Shown: positions 12,882 through 22,499, counted from the first letter of the stretch. The stretch is DNA of 32,000 nucleotides from Pasteurella multocida (GCF_900187275.1 NZ_LT906458.1:2130001-2162000), one strand, 5' to 3'. The notes: generated by a model from the sequence alone, not told the origin. Made by a program: numbers and translations.

Positions 12882-13514
12882 CTATTTCTTTTTGAAAAGC
12901 ATTTCAATTTTTTGTTCTAAATGCGCGGTTTGGTGTTCTAAGTGTTTAACTTGATCACAAAAATCCGCGATAGCCAAACTTGGTGAAATAACTTGCCATT
13001 CTTCCGTTAAGCGCTCACCCCAAAATTGTTGGCTTTGGTTAAGTTTGTATTTTATCGAACGGGTTAATTTCGTCAGAAAATCTACTGCCGTTTGTGCAGG
13101 GACATCGCCAAGATAAGGAGAAAGCAATTCTGCGGGATCTTTCTCTAAAAATTCAATCAGGGCGACAAAATCTTGTAACACCTGTAAATCGCCTTGCAGG
13201 TAAATGGACTTATCATTAATAAATTGGCTTAACTGCGATTTCTTCGGCAAATGAAACAGTAAGCTTGGCGCAATATCCACAGCACAGTCAGTTTCACCTT
13301 CATATCGGCTGAGTAACTCAATCCGTTGTGAAGAAAAGAAAAAATAGATTGGTAAGTCTATTTTTTGTAATTTGACTGCTAAAACCTTGTTATTGAGCTT
13401 GCGTAAATAGGGCGCGCAATAAGCGGTCTGTTGAATCAATTTATTAAGCAGTGTTTCTACACCTGCGCATAGATATTGTGGCAACATCAGTTGCTGAAAA
13501 AAGGTGAATTGCAT
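12882..13514 (-). CDS. ubiJ: Ubiquinone biosynthesis accessory factor UbiJ (SCP2 domain)
   Basis: 210 aa between ubiB and ubiE; SCP2-like central region, coiled-coil C-terminus (VKHLEHQTAHLEQKIEML). Confidence 0.85.
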   Translation of the reverse strand: MQFTFFQQLMLPQYLCAGVETLLNKLIQQTAYCAPYLRKLNNKVLAVKLQKIDLPIYFFFSSQRIELLSRYEGETDCAVDIAPSLLFHLPKKSQLSQFINDKSIYLQGDLQVLQDFVALIEFLEKDPAELLSPYLGDVPAQTAVDFLTKLTRSIKYKLNQSQQFWGERLTEEWQVISPSLAIADFCDQVKHLEHQTAHLEQKIEMLFKKK

Positions 13515-13674
13515 AGATACTCTTTAGCTCACTAAGGCACTCTGGGTGATTTTTTTGTTGCTGTTTGCTTCTTTGGGTTGATATTTATTCTGAATTTGTT
13601 GTACCTGGATGACAATTAAGAAAATAGCAAGGCAAGGGGAATTGCTAATATACTGTCAAACATCGTGATTGTCG

Positions 13675-13830
13675 CTAAATCATGTTAGCGATGTTTTTAT
13701 TTACGAATAAGAGCGCATCAGTTGCTTGCATAATTTCACGGCTTAGCCCTATTTGTACCACATAAATCAGAATATCGAGTCCTAGTAATATCAAGACCTG
13801 TTTTGAATGATTTTTAGCTCGATATTTCAT
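13675..13830 (-). CDS. Putative small membrane protein, 51 aa (not in the ORF track; possibly a degraded gene)
   Basis: ATG at 13830 with gaggggag RBS 18 nt after the ubiE stop; translation MKYRAKNHSKQVLILLGLDILIYVVQIGLSREIMQATDALLFVNKNIANMI*. Confidence 0.4.
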   Translation of the reverse strand: MKYRAKNHSKQVLILLGLDILIYVVQIGLSREIMQATDALLFVNKNIANMI

Positions 13831-13848
13831 GTGGGTCTCCCCTCAATG

Positions 13849-14655
13849 TTAGAACTTATAACCTCGGTGTAATGCTACAATGCCTGCACTTAAATTATAG
13901 TAATTAACTTGTTCAAAGCCAGCGTCAATCATCATTTGTTTTAAAACATCTTGTGCGGGGTGCATACGGATAGATTCAGCAAGATAGCGATAACTTTCAC
14001 TATCATTGACCACCACTTCGCCAATTTTAGGCAAAATATTGAAAGAGTAGAAATTATAAATTTTACTGAGTGGATCTAAAATCGGTTTGGAAAACTCCAA
14101 CACCAATAAGCGACCACCGGGTTTTAACACGCGAAACATAGAACGTAGTGCTTTGTCTTTGTCTGTGACGTTACGTAAACCAAAGCTGATGATCACACAA
14201 TCAAAAGTGTTGTCAGGAAAAGGCAGTGCTTCAGCATTAGCTTGTACATAATTAACATTGCCGACAACGCCGAGGTTACGCAGTTTTTCCCGACCGACCC
14301 GTAACATCGAATCATTAATATCAGCAAGGATCACTTCACCGCTAGGTCCTACAAGGCGCGAGAATTTTGCCGTAAAATCTCCCGTTCCACCCGCCAGATC
14401 TAACACCTTATGTCCTTTACGTACCCCACTGCAGTCAATGGTAAAGCGTTTCCAAACGCGATGAATACCAAATGAAAGTAAATCATTCATTAAATCGTAT
14501 TTGCCCGCGACGGAATGGAAGACATTGGCAACCATTTTTTGTTTTTCCGATTTTGCCACAGTTTTAAAGCCAAAATGCGTGGTTTCTTCTGTGGTAGGAG
14601 ATAAAGTCGGGTCGAGTTGCACTTGTTCGGTCGCAAAAGCGTGTTGATCTGTCAT
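13849..14655 (-). CDS. ubiE: Ubiquinone/menaquinone biosynthesis methyltransferase
   Basis: [56 protein letters not shown]. Confidence 0.96.
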   Translation of the reverse strand: MTDQHAFATEQVQLDPTLSPTTEETTHFGFKTVAKSEKQKMVANVFHSVAGKYDLMNDLLSFGIHRVWKRFTIDCSGVRKGHKVLDLAGGTGDFTAKFSRLVGPSGEVILADINDSMLRVGREKLRNLGVVGNVNYVQANAEALPFPDNTFDCVIISFGLRNVTDKDKALRSMFRVLKPGGRLLVLEFSKPILDPLSKIYNFYSFNILPKIGEVVVNDSESYRYLAESIRMHPAQDVLKQMMIDAGFEQVNYYNLSAGIVALHRGYKF

Positions 14656-14695
14656 AGCAAATATCCATAGAGCTTAAATTAGACTAAGGATAACA

Positions 14696-14723
14696 AAAAA
14701 TAGCGGAGAATTCCGCTATTTTT
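14696..14723. terminator. Intrinsic terminator downstream of the pirin-family gene
   Basis: AAAAATAGCGGA-gaat-TCCGCTATTTTT, perfect 12 bp stem. Confidence 0.9.
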
Positions 14724-14729
14724 CTTGTG

Positions 14730-15431
14730 TTATACTAAATCGAACAATAAAAATTCGCTGTTTTGAATCAGTTCAATCTGTAAGGCATTTTCGTGTGTAA
14801 TTGCTAGACCGTCACTGGTGTTGAGTAGGACGTCATTCACACGGAGTTGTCCTTTTACCAGTTGTAGCCAATAGCGCCGCGTTGGCAAAAGTGGAATCGT
14901 TTTGACCGCACTTTGTTCTAAACTAAGTTGCCAACGCCATAAAGACATGTCTTGATGAATATAAAAGGCGCCGTCTTTTGCCTCAGGGGATAAAATTAAG
15001 GTTGCCCCTTCTGTGTCAGCAAAGCGACCTTGCTCATAACGCGGTGCAATGCCTTTTGACTTCGGTAAGATCCAGATTTGGTATAAATGGACATCATGCT
15101 CACTACTTGGATTGATTTCAGCGTGATGCACGCCTGATCCTGCCGACATGATTTGAAATTCGCCAGCATGTAATTGGGTGTGATTACCCATACTATCTTG
15201 ATGTTCAATTGTGCCAGACAAGATATAGGTTAAAATTTCCATATCTTGATGCGGATGCATACCGAAACCGTGTTGTGGGGCAATAATATCTTCGTTAATC
15301 ACACGTAAATGTGAGAAGTGTATATGTTGGGGAGAATAATAATCAGCAAAGGAAAAACTATGATATCCCCTTAGCCAGTGGATTGCGGGATGACTTTTTC
15401 CTCTTTCATGTGCATAGCGTACGCGTAACAT
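14730..15431 (-). CDS. Pirin family protein (YhhW-like, bicupin)
   Basis: HWLRGYHSFSFADYYSPQHIHFSHLRVINEDIIAPQHGFGMHPHQDMEILTYILSG...AGSGVHHAEINPS. Confidence 0.9.
   Translation of the reverse strand: MLRVRYAHERGKSHPAIHWLRGYHSFSFADYYSPQHIHFSHLRVINEDIIAPQHGFGMHPHQDMEILTYILSGTIEHQDSMGNHTQLHAGEFQIMSAGSGVHHAEINPSSEHDVHLYQIWILPKSKGIAPRYEQGRFADTEGATLILSPEAKDGAFYIHQDMSLWRWQLSLEQSAVKTIPLLPTRRYWLQLVKGQLRVNDVLLNTSDGLAITHENALQIELIQNSEFLLFDLV
14905..14913 (-). repeat. DNA uptake signal sequence core in the pirin-family gene
   Basis: Exact 9-mer. Confidence 0.85.
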
Positions 15432-15514
15432 AATCTATTCCTGTGTTTGTGAAGCACTGGAGGCTTGTCTGATTGGCAGCATGCCTGTCGTCAATGCTCT
15501 TTTTTCTAATGGAT

Positions 15515-15553
15515 AAAAAAACACCACTCTTATATTTGTTGGTGGTGTTTTTT
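15515..15553 (-). terminator. Intrinsic terminator after nhaA
   Basis: aaaaaacaccac / gtggtgtttttt perfect 12 bp stem, T-rich on both strands. Confidence 0.85.
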
Positions 15554-15560
15554 ATTTGAT

Positions 15561-16742
15561 TTATTGTGCCTCAATGGGGTCTTTTGTGGACATTTTCAAC
15601 AGTAAATAACCTAACACTGCGGAGAAACCAGAACCAATCAGAATACCTAAACGGGCGAGTGCAGTGACATTTTCGCTATCACTTTCTCCACCAAAGGCGA
15701 GACCAGCAAGGAACATGGACATGGTAAATCCAATTCCACAGAGTACAGACACAGCAAAAATTTGTTTGAAATTAATGCCTTCAGACAGCTTAGCAATGCC
15801 TAATTTTACTGCCACAAAACAGAATGAGAAAATCCCCAGAGGTTTACCTAAGAGTAAGCCAAGGGCAATCCCCATTGGTAACGTAGAGGTTAAGTTATCC
15901 ATTCCCATACCAATTAATGAAACCCCAGCATTACAGAAAGCAAACAGTGGGAGAATCGCAAAGGCACTCCAAGGTGATAAAGTATGTTCAAAGTCATCTA
16001 GTGGGCGCTCGCCTTTCTTACCGTTTAATGGGATACAAAAACCGATAATCACTCCCGCCAAAGTGGCGTGTACACCTGATTTGAGTACGGATGCCCAAAG
16101 AATAATACCGACAATGCCGTAAGCCGAGAGTGCAGTAATTTTTAAACGGTTCATTGTGATCAAAATTGCCACAGCAACCCCCGCGAAGATAAAGGCTTGT
16201 GGACTTAAATCATGAGAGAAAAATAGCGCAATAACAACAATCGCCCCTAAGTCATCAATAATCGCCAGTGCCAACAAGAAAATTTTCAGCGCGAGTGGAA
16301 CACGTTTACCTAATAAGGCGATGACGCCAAGGGCAAAAGCGATATCCGTTGCCATCGGAATCGCCCATCCCTCTTGAAATTCAGGATGTGTTGCGTTAAA
16401 CACAAGAAAGACAATTGCAGGAACAACCATACCGCCTGTTGCCGCAATGGCGGGAAAAACAGCACGTTGATAACTGGATAACGAGCCTTCTAGTAATTCA
16501 CGTTTAACTTCCATTCCGACGAGCATGAAAAACACGGCCATAAGACCATCGTTGACCCACATTAAAAGCGGTTTATTGATGATGAATGCACCAATTTGGA
16601 CACTCACTGGTGTTTGCAAAAAATCAAAGTATAAATAACTTAATGGGGTATTGGCTAAAATAATGGCTAAGGTTGCAAAAATGAACAGCAGAATACCACC
16701 TGCCGCTTCTTGTTTCAGAAAGTTTTGAATTGGTGTTAACAT
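15561..16742 (-). CDS. nhaA: Na+/H+ antiporter NhaA (ATG 16742 preferred; preceded by gagggga)
   Basis: [65 protein letters not shown]. Confidence 0.96.
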   Translation of the reverse strand: MLTPIQNFLKQEAAGGILLFIFATLAIILANTPLSYLYFDFLQTPVSVQIGAFIINKPLLMWVNDGLMAVFFMLVGMEVKRELLEGSLSSYQRAVFPAIAATGGMVVPAIVFLVFNATHPEFQEGWAIPMATDIAFALGVIALLGKRVPLALKIFLLALAIIDDLGAIVVIALFFSHDLSPQAFIFAGVAVAILITMNRLKITALSAYGIVGIILWASVLKSGVHATLAGVIIGFCIPLNGKKGERPLDDFEHTLSPWSAFAILPLFAFCNAGVSLIGMGMDNLTSTLPMGIALGLLLGKPLGIFSFCFVAVKLGIAKLSEGINFKQIFAVSVLCGIGFTMSMFLAGLAFGGESDSENVTALARLGILIGSGFSAVLGYLLLKMSTKDPIEAQ

Positions 16743-16804
16743 TTTTCCCCTCAATATCTTTTTTTTATGATGATTATATTTATATCACTTTTTGTGCTGA
16801 AAAA

Positions 16805-16849
16805 TGAAATAAAATGATCGATTACGCCGTAATTTTTCATTTTATTTCA
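16805..16849. promoter_or_regulatory. Perfect 13 bp inverted repeat in the leader/intergenic region upstream of nhaA
   Basis: TGAAATAAAATGA (16805-16817) / TCATTTTATTTCA (16837-16849), with inner ATTAC-gcc-GTAAT; followed on the minus strand by TTTTT. Could be a terminator or an operator. Confidence 0.6.
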
Positions 16850-16921
16850 ATTAATAAGCCTTTCTAAAAGATAAAATTCAGTATGTAGGACGATTTTTGT
16901 CCTATTATTGCTTAGTGTTGT

Positions 16922-18871
16922 TTATTTTTTATCCTCTGATTTATATAACCTATTTTTATATAAATAACTACCCAAGAGTGAATGTGCCAGTGCTTCTTTT
17001 TTTAGCGCTTCTGATAAATTCGCCTCTGTAAAACGATTGGTTTGTTTATCATAGAGATAACCTTTGGCTTCAACTTTGGGGGCAAGGATGACAACCTCGT
17101 TACCTTTCATCATGGCGAGAGTTTGATCATATTGCATAAAAGCACGATTTGGATTGTCTTCTTTGGTTAAGTCATAACCAATCATCGGATAATCGCCACT
17201 GATGCCAGCTAAAGACAGCAACGTTGTAGGCATATCAATTTGGCTGACGAGACGGGCATCACGTTTTATTTCTACATGATCGCCTAACAATAAAGCAGGG
17301 ATATGAAAGTGCTTAATCGGTACTAACGCAGCACCGCCGACACGAGAATCATGGTCAGCAATGACTAAAAACAGCGTATCTTTCCAGTAATCTGCTTGTT
17401 TAGCTAATTTAAAGAAATGACCAATCGCATAGTCTGCATATTTCGCCGCATTATTGCGGGTTTGTTTTGGTTGTTCATAAAGTTCAATTTTACCGTCAGG
17501 GAACTCAAACGGATCATGGTTACTTGAGCTAAACACTAAACTAAAGAACGGTTTACCTTCTTTATGTAAGGCGGTAAAAGTTTCATGGGCTTTATCAAAT
17601 AAGTCTTCATCACTCACTCCCCATGTCGCTTTGAATTTAGGATTGACGTAATCCAATTCATCAATAATGTATTGGAAGCCATTGCCATAGAAGAAGCTTG
17701 CCATATTATCGAAATGCTTTTCACCACCGTAAATAAACGAGGTATGGTAGCCTTGTTTAGCTAATAATTCGGCAATGGTAAAGAAACCATGTTGGCTGTT
17801 ACTGAGTTTGACGACGGCTCGTGCCGGTGTTGGAGTAAAGCCCGCGGTAACGGCTTCAATCCCACGTACAGAACGGGTTCCTGTCGCATACAGGTTCTCA
17901 AATAACCAGCCTTCTTGTGCTAATTTATCGAATTCTGGAGAAAGGGGTAATCCGCCTAAACTGCCAATAAATTGTGCGCCAAGACTTTCTTCTAAAATAA
18001 TCACAATATTTTTAGGTTTGCCTTGGTAAGTGGCTTGGTTTCTGGTTAAGGTTGGATATTGACTAGAAATATAGTCACTTTCTGGACGACCACGCGTTTG
18101 TTTTACAATACGTAGCATTTCATCATCTGCCATTTTGCCGTATAAAGAGGCAGCATTGTCTTCATCTTTAAATTGTTGTGCAGCATAAATAACAGAATAG
18201 CCTGAGTTGAGGACTAATGAATTGACTAAACCGTCGGAAGAGAAGGCAACCATCGCCGGATTAATACCGCGATGCGCAAAAGTTGATCGGGCACCGATAA
18301 AGGCAATAGCGATCACTAACAGAGCAACAACTGGACGGAATTTCCAACTCGGTGAAGATAAGTTTTTCACTGCCCATCCCGCTAATTTCCAATAACAGAG
18401 TGTTGCAGTGGCAGTGACAACTAAGCTAATTACCATGGAGAGCAAATGCCCCTCAAATAGCATAGTAAACACTTCTTTTGGATAAATGAGGTATTCAATG
18501 AAAAGGCGGTTTGGTCGGAAATCATAGGTCTCAATAAATGCAGGTGTGGCAATTTCCATGAACAAGATAAAGACACTGCCAAAGGTTAACCAAACACGTA
18601 ATATTTTTTGCCAAACGCGACCGAGCGCATTATGGTGATAAAGTAATACTGTGAATAAGGCAGGGACGCCAAATAAATAACACAGTGACACAATATCAAT
18701 GCGTAGCCCTTGCACAAATAGCTCGACCCAGCCATTGACTGCGCTCACACGCTCTGCTTGCCAGAGTGACAGCCCTAAACGCGAAAGCGTGAAAACGATG
18801 AGATTAACGAAGACAAAAAAGAAAATGGGGAACAGCAAAGTGCGGTGATTTTTTTCAGAATTTGAATACAT
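16922..18871 (-). CDS. LTA synthase family protein (membrane-anchored sulfatase-fold phosphotransferase)
   Basis: N-terminal TM segments, then KNIVIILEESLGAQFIGSLGG, LYATGTRSVRGIEAVTAGFTPTP, LFLVIADHDSRVGG; LtaS/OpgB-like catalytic domain. Confidence 0.85.
   Translation of the reverse strand: MYSNSEKNHRTLLFPIFFFVFVNLIVFTLSRLGLSLWQAERVSAVNGWVELFVQGLRIDIVSLCYLFGVPALFTVLLYHHNALGRVWQKILRVWLTFGSVFILFMEIATPAFIETYDFRPNRLFIEYLIYPKEVFTMLFEGHLLSMVISLVVTATATLCYWKLAGWAVKNLSSPSWKFRPVVALLVIAIAFIGARSTFAHRGINPAMVAFSSDGLVNSLVLNSGYSVIYAAQQFKDEDNAASLYGKMADDEMLRIVKQTRGRPESDYISSQYPTLTRNQATYQGKPKNIVIILEESLGAQFIGSLGGLPLSPEFDKLAQEGWLFENLYATGTRSVRGIEAVTAGFTPTPARAVVKLSNSQHGFFTIAELLAKQGYHTSFIYGGEKHFDNMASFFYGNGFQYIIDELDYVNPKFKATWGVSDEDLFDKAHETFTALHKEGKPFFSLVFSSSNHDPFEFPDGKIELYEQPKQTRNNAAKYADYAIGHFFKLAKQADYWKDTLFLVIADHDSRVGGAALVPIKHFHIPALLLGDHVEIKRDARLVSQIDMPTTLLSLAGISGDYPMIGYDLTKEDNPNRAFMQYDQTLAMMKGNEVVILAPKVEAKGYLYDKQTNRFTEANLSEALKKEALAHSLLGSYLYKNRLYKSEDKK
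18838..18846 (+). repeat. DNA uptake signal sequence core at the 5' end of the LTA synthase-like gene
   Basis: Exact 9-mer. Confidence 0.85.
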
Positions 18872-19054
18872 AACAGAACCTAACGAATTGGGATAAAAAC
18901 AAAGGAACAGATTGGATCTGCGCTTTGTAGGTATTCATGTATTATTAAACTTTTTTTTATGTTCTGCAATTTTATTCCATGTGCTTTCAGTGTGGTTTGC
19001 TGTAGATAAGCGCAAAATGGATAGACATCCGAGGAGATGAAATGTCGAAAAGAC

Positions 19055-19091
19055 AAGAAGATCAGGCTTTTTGGATCAGCATGATCTTCTT
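19055..19091. terminator. Hairpin 12 nt downstream of the sulfatase stop
   Basis: AAGAAGATCA (19055-19064) / TGATCTTCTT (19082-19091), perfect 10 bp, 17 nt loop; weak minus-strand U-tract (GTCTTTTC). Confidence 0.5.
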
Positions 19092-19102
19092 TTATTATCG
19101 TG

Positions 19103-20464
19103 CTACGCGGCAGGAAGAATCGTTGGACGTTCTTCTTTTGCTTTTAGCATATGCTCACAGAGTTTTTCACGTAATTCAACACGTACTTGTTCGTAGGCAG
19201 GATCACGCACGAGGTTATTAAGCTCATAAGGGTCTTTCTCTAAATCATAGAGGAAGTCTTCTTGATATACATCACTGCCCGCGTGTACACCACCATGTTT
19301 ATTCGGTGCGAAAACACTATATAAGTATTTTTCTGTGCGGATACAGCGACCTACTCGGCTTTCGCTGATTTGTGCGAACACTTCATTTACTCGGTTTGGA
19401 ATGTTATTTTCTACCACGTCTTGTAGGTTTTCACCAATCATCGCATCACCCACATCAATGCCCGCCATGGCAAGGAAGGTTTTTGGCAAACTTGCGGTAC
19501 TGACTAAGTCTTTGACGCGTTTTCCGCCTTTAAATGCGCCGCCAGCAATGACCAGCGGGACATGCAACGCAGAAGAATGGCAAGAGCGTTTATAGTCATC
19601 ATAACCATTGAGGTTTTCATCAGTGTTGCGAGTCATAAAGTGCGAACCATGATCAGAGGCGAAGACAATAATGGTATTGTCATAGAGTCCTTTCTCTTTT
19701 AATTTCTCAATTAAACGCGCTAAGTTGTCATCTAAGCTACGGCAGCAGCCAAGGTAATCCGGATACATTTCTGCCGCATTACCTTTTAATTCTGCTAAAT
19801 CTTTTGGTAACTCAAAATCTTTGAAACGGATTTTTGAGCCATCCGGTCCTTCATAGCAATGACGATCGTTTTGGTGATGAGGTTCAATATGTGAGATGGT
19901 CATGAAAAACGGTTTATCGCCTTGATATTGATCGAGATATTCCAGCGCAAAGTCGGTAATACAATCAACGCGATAGCCTTTGAATTCACACTTGTTCATA
20001 TTCTCGTCAAAAACATAACCGTCATAGCCGTGAGAGGTGAATTCTAAGACATCTGAGGCTCGCCAAAAGCCTTTATATCCGCCACGACGTTCTGGTGGAA
20101 TCGCACTGGTGGTGTAATCAATCGTTGGCTCTTCTTCAAGTTCGCCATCACTAGCTAAATGCCATTTGCCAATATAGGCAGTGTCATAATCATTTTCATT
20201 AAAATAATCCGCGATGGTTTTAACCCCTTCTGGAAGAGCAATATTATTACGGAAACAGCCCGTTTCGGTTGGGTATAATCCCGTTTGGAAAATTGAACGA
20301 CAAGGACCACAAACCGGTTGTGAAGAGTAGGCTTCTTCAAACACCACACCATCCTCGGCTAATTTATCTAATGTTGGTGTAATATCAAGTGGTTGCCCAT
20401 AAGCACCCACGGTATCCCAACGCTGTTGGTCAGTGAAATAAAAAATAATATTAGGTCTAGTCAT
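19103..20464 (-). CDS. Type I (formylglycine-dependent) sulfatase, predicted cytoplasmic (ATG 20464 preferred; RBS gagga)
   Basis: MTRPNIIFYFTDQQRWDTVGAYG start, sulfatase signature C-G-P-C-R (20297-20311), GKWHL, ASDHGSH; no signal peptide visible. Confidence 0.92.
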   Translation of the reverse strand: MTRPNIIFYFTDQQRWDTVGAYGQPLDITPTLDKLAEDGVVFEEAYSSQPVCGPCRSIFQTGLYPTETGCFRNNIALPEGVKTIADYFNENDYDTAYIGKWHLASDGELEEEPTIDYTTSAIPPERRGGYKGFWRASDVLEFTSHGYDGYVFDENMNKCEFKGYRVDCITDFALEYLDQYQGDKPFFMTISHIEPHHQNDRHCYEGPDGSKIRFKDFELPKDLAELKGNAAEMYPDYLGCCRSLDDNLARLIEKLKEKGLYDNTIIVFASDHGSHFMTRNTDENLNGYDDYKRSCHSSALHVPLVIAGGAFKGGKRVKDLVSTASLPKTFLAMAGIDVGDAMIGENLQDVVENNIPNRVNEVFAQISESRVGRCIRTEKYLYSVFAPNKHGGVHAGSDVYQEDFLYDLEKDPYELNNLVRDPAYEQVRVELREKLCEHMLKAKEERPTILPAA

Positions 20465-20477
20465 AATGCTTCCTCGT

Positions 20478-21974
20478 TTAATAGCCCTTTTTCGCTTTTT
20501 TGTAATTATTGAACACAATGCTCATGATGGTTACTAAGATTAAGAGACAGAACGCCAGTGAGAACGGTCTTTCTAAAAAGAGGGTCCAGTCTCCGTCAGA
20601 AATGAGTAACGCACGCCGGAGATTTTTTTCAGTCAATGCGCCTAATACCAGACCAAGTAAGGTTGGTACTGCGGAGAACCCAAGCTTATCCATCAGATAA
20701 GCAATAATGCCAAAGACCAATGCAGCACCGACATCAAACATGGATTCTTTGAGAGAATAAGCGCCAGCAAAGCAGAAGACCGCAATGATAGGAATTAAAA
20801 TTTGTTGCGGGATTTTCACCACTTTGGCAAAGAATTTCAGTAAATATTTGCCTTGGATAAGCATGAAAATATTAACGAAAATCAGTCCAATCATAATCGC
20901 ATAGACCGCCGTGCCATGATTCTGGAATAAGTTTGGACCAGGTGTTAAGCCGTTAATCATGAGAGCGCCTAACATTAAAGCAACTGCGGCATCGCCCGGG
21001 ATACCTAAGGTTAATAAGGGAACAAGTGCGGTACCTGTGATCGCATTATTAGCGCATTCAGCGGCAGCAATTCCTTCGACAGAGCCTTTGCCAAACTCTT
21101 CGGGCTTTTTAGACACTTTTCTGGAAAAGTCATAGCTGAGGAAAGACGCGATAGAGGCGCCAGTTCCGGGAATGATACCGACTAAAATACCCGATAATGA
21201 ACCAATGGCAAGGGGTTTCGGTAAACGCAACCATTCACTTTTCGACACGGTGCCTTTATCGAGTTTAGGCGGTTCGACTTGCTTATTTCCATGGCTTTTT
21301 AGATCACGCCCTTTATTGATAATTTCGATTAAGGCAAATAACCCAATTAAGACCACAACCAGATCAAAACCACCATATAAATTAATGTTATCAAAGGCAA
21401 AACGCATTGTACTGCCGCTGATCAGATCCATACCAATGAAGGACAGGAATAAACCCAAACAGCCCGAGATAATCCCTTTTAATAAACTTTCTCCACTGAC
21501 ACCGGCAATAATGGTTAAGCCAAAGGCACAAATCAGAAAGTATTCCGGTGAACCCATTTTGAGGGCGACTTTGGCGACTTCTGGTGCCAAGAAGAGCAAT
21601 ACCAGCGCACTGACAATTCCTCCAACAAATGATGCGTACAGGGCAACGTTTAAGGCTTTTTGTGCCATACCTCGGTTCGCTAATGGATTACCATCTAACA
21701 TGGTGGCGGCAGCGTGTGGGGTGCCGGGGGTTTTGATGAGAATCGCAGAAATGGATCCCCCGTAGCTTCCCGCACAATAAATGCCCAATAAAAACATAAA
21801 AGAATGAATCGCATTTAAAGAATACGTAATGGGGAGAAAGAGGACTAAACAAAGCATGACAGTCAGTCCCGGAATCGAACCAAAGACGATACCTAAAAAT
21901 AGGCCTAGATTAATATAAAGAAAGCTTCCCCAAGTAAAGAACTCGTTAAACCCCGCAATGATTTGGTCAAACAT
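20478..21974 (-). CDS. Tripartite tricarboxylate transporter permease, TctA family
   Basis: About 500 aa; LGIVFGSIPGLTVMLCLVLFLPITY, GSYGGSISAILIKTPGTPHAAATMLDGNPLA, LVGIIPGTGASIASFLSYDFSRKVSKKPEEFGKGSVEGIAAAECANNA. Confidence 0.95.
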   Translation of the reverse strand: MFDQIIAGFNEFFTWGSFLYINLGLFLGIVFGSIPGLTVMLCLVLFLPITYSLNAIHSFMFLLGIYCAGSYGGSISAILIKTPGTPHAAATMLDGNPLANRGMAQKALNVALYASFVGGIVSALVLLFLAPEVAKVALKMGSPEYFLICAFGLTIIAGVSGESLLKGIISGCLGLFLSFIGMDLISGSTMRFAFDNINLYGGFDLVVVLIGLFALIEIINKGRDLKSHGNKQVEPPKLDKGTVSKSEWLRLPKPLAIGSLSGILVGIIPGTGASIASFLSYDFSRKVSKKPEEFGKGSVEGIAAAECANNAITGTALVPLLTLGIPGDAAVALMLGALMINGLTPGPNLFQNHGTAVYAIMIGLIFVNIFMLIQGKYLLKFFAKVVKIPQQILIPIIAVFCFAGAYSLKESMFDVGAALVFGIIAYLMDKLGFSAVPTLLGLVLGALTEKNLRRALLISDGDWTLFLERPFSLAFCLLILVTIMSIVFNNYKKAKKGY

Positions 21975-21982
21975 AAACACTC

Positions 21983-22438
21983 CTACGGTAACGAAATATT
22001 AAGTAAATACTCGAAAATAAAAGAAACAGCCGTAATCACCGTGGCAACAATGGCGTAGTATTGCCAATTCCGGCAACGGAAGAACAGTAACATTAAGAAG
22101 GCAAAGATAATGGAGGAAACCATAAAAGGTAACCAATACAACATAAACCAATACAATACCAATAATAGAATAACAATCGAGGCGTTTAACTCCTCGCTTA
22201 AGGTTAAGGTCACCATCTTGCTTGGTTGTTTGCGAATAATTTTGATGATTTCTTTGACAAGCAAAATACAGCTACAAAGTGCCATCAGACCAATAATCAG
22301 GCGAGGAAAGGTTTGTGCAGTAATACCATCATCTTCATCAATGACAATTTGTAAAGGGACTAACAACCATAATGTGATGGATAAAATAAGGAAAACGGCA
22401 GCACCGACTAAATCTTGGCGAAAAGTTATTTTCATCAC
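21983..22438 (-). CDS. Tripartite tricarboxylate transporter small membrane subunit, TctB family
   Basis: 151 aa with 4 predicted TM segments, between tctA and tctC; DEDDGITAQTFPRLIIGLMALCS. Confidence 0.88.
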   Translation of the reverse strand: MMKITFRQDLVGAAVFLILSITLWLLVPLQIVIDEDDGITAQTFPRLIIGLMALCSCILLVKEIIKIIRKQPSKMVTLTLSEELNASIVILLLVLYWFMLYWLPFMVSSIIFAFLMLLFFRCRNWQYYAIVATVITAVSFIFEYLLNISLP

Positions 22439-22499
22439 AATATCTCCAAAAAAATAACCAACATAGTGGGAGAGTCAACACTATGCTGGCTATTGTGGG

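Noticed and set aside
15664-16122. 152 aa plus-strand ORF opposite nhaA
   Set aside because: Antisense to clear NhaA coding sequence; no domain or supportive context.
19042-19221. 59 aa plus-strand ORF with a good-looking RBS (gaggag), starting MSKRQEDQAFWISMIFFYYRATRQEE
   Set aside because: Its 5' part is the terminator-like hairpin and its 3' part overlaps the sulfatase C-terminus antisense. No domain, so probably coincidental.
21172-21765. 197 aa plus-strand ORF opposite tctA
   Set aside because: Lies wholly antisense to the well-supported TctA permease. Its composition (K/P/T/S-rich, no domain) is typical of a shadow ORF.
22110-22457. 115 aa plus-strand ORF opposite tctB
   Set aside because: Antisense to a TctB-like gene within a coherent operon; no recognisable motif.
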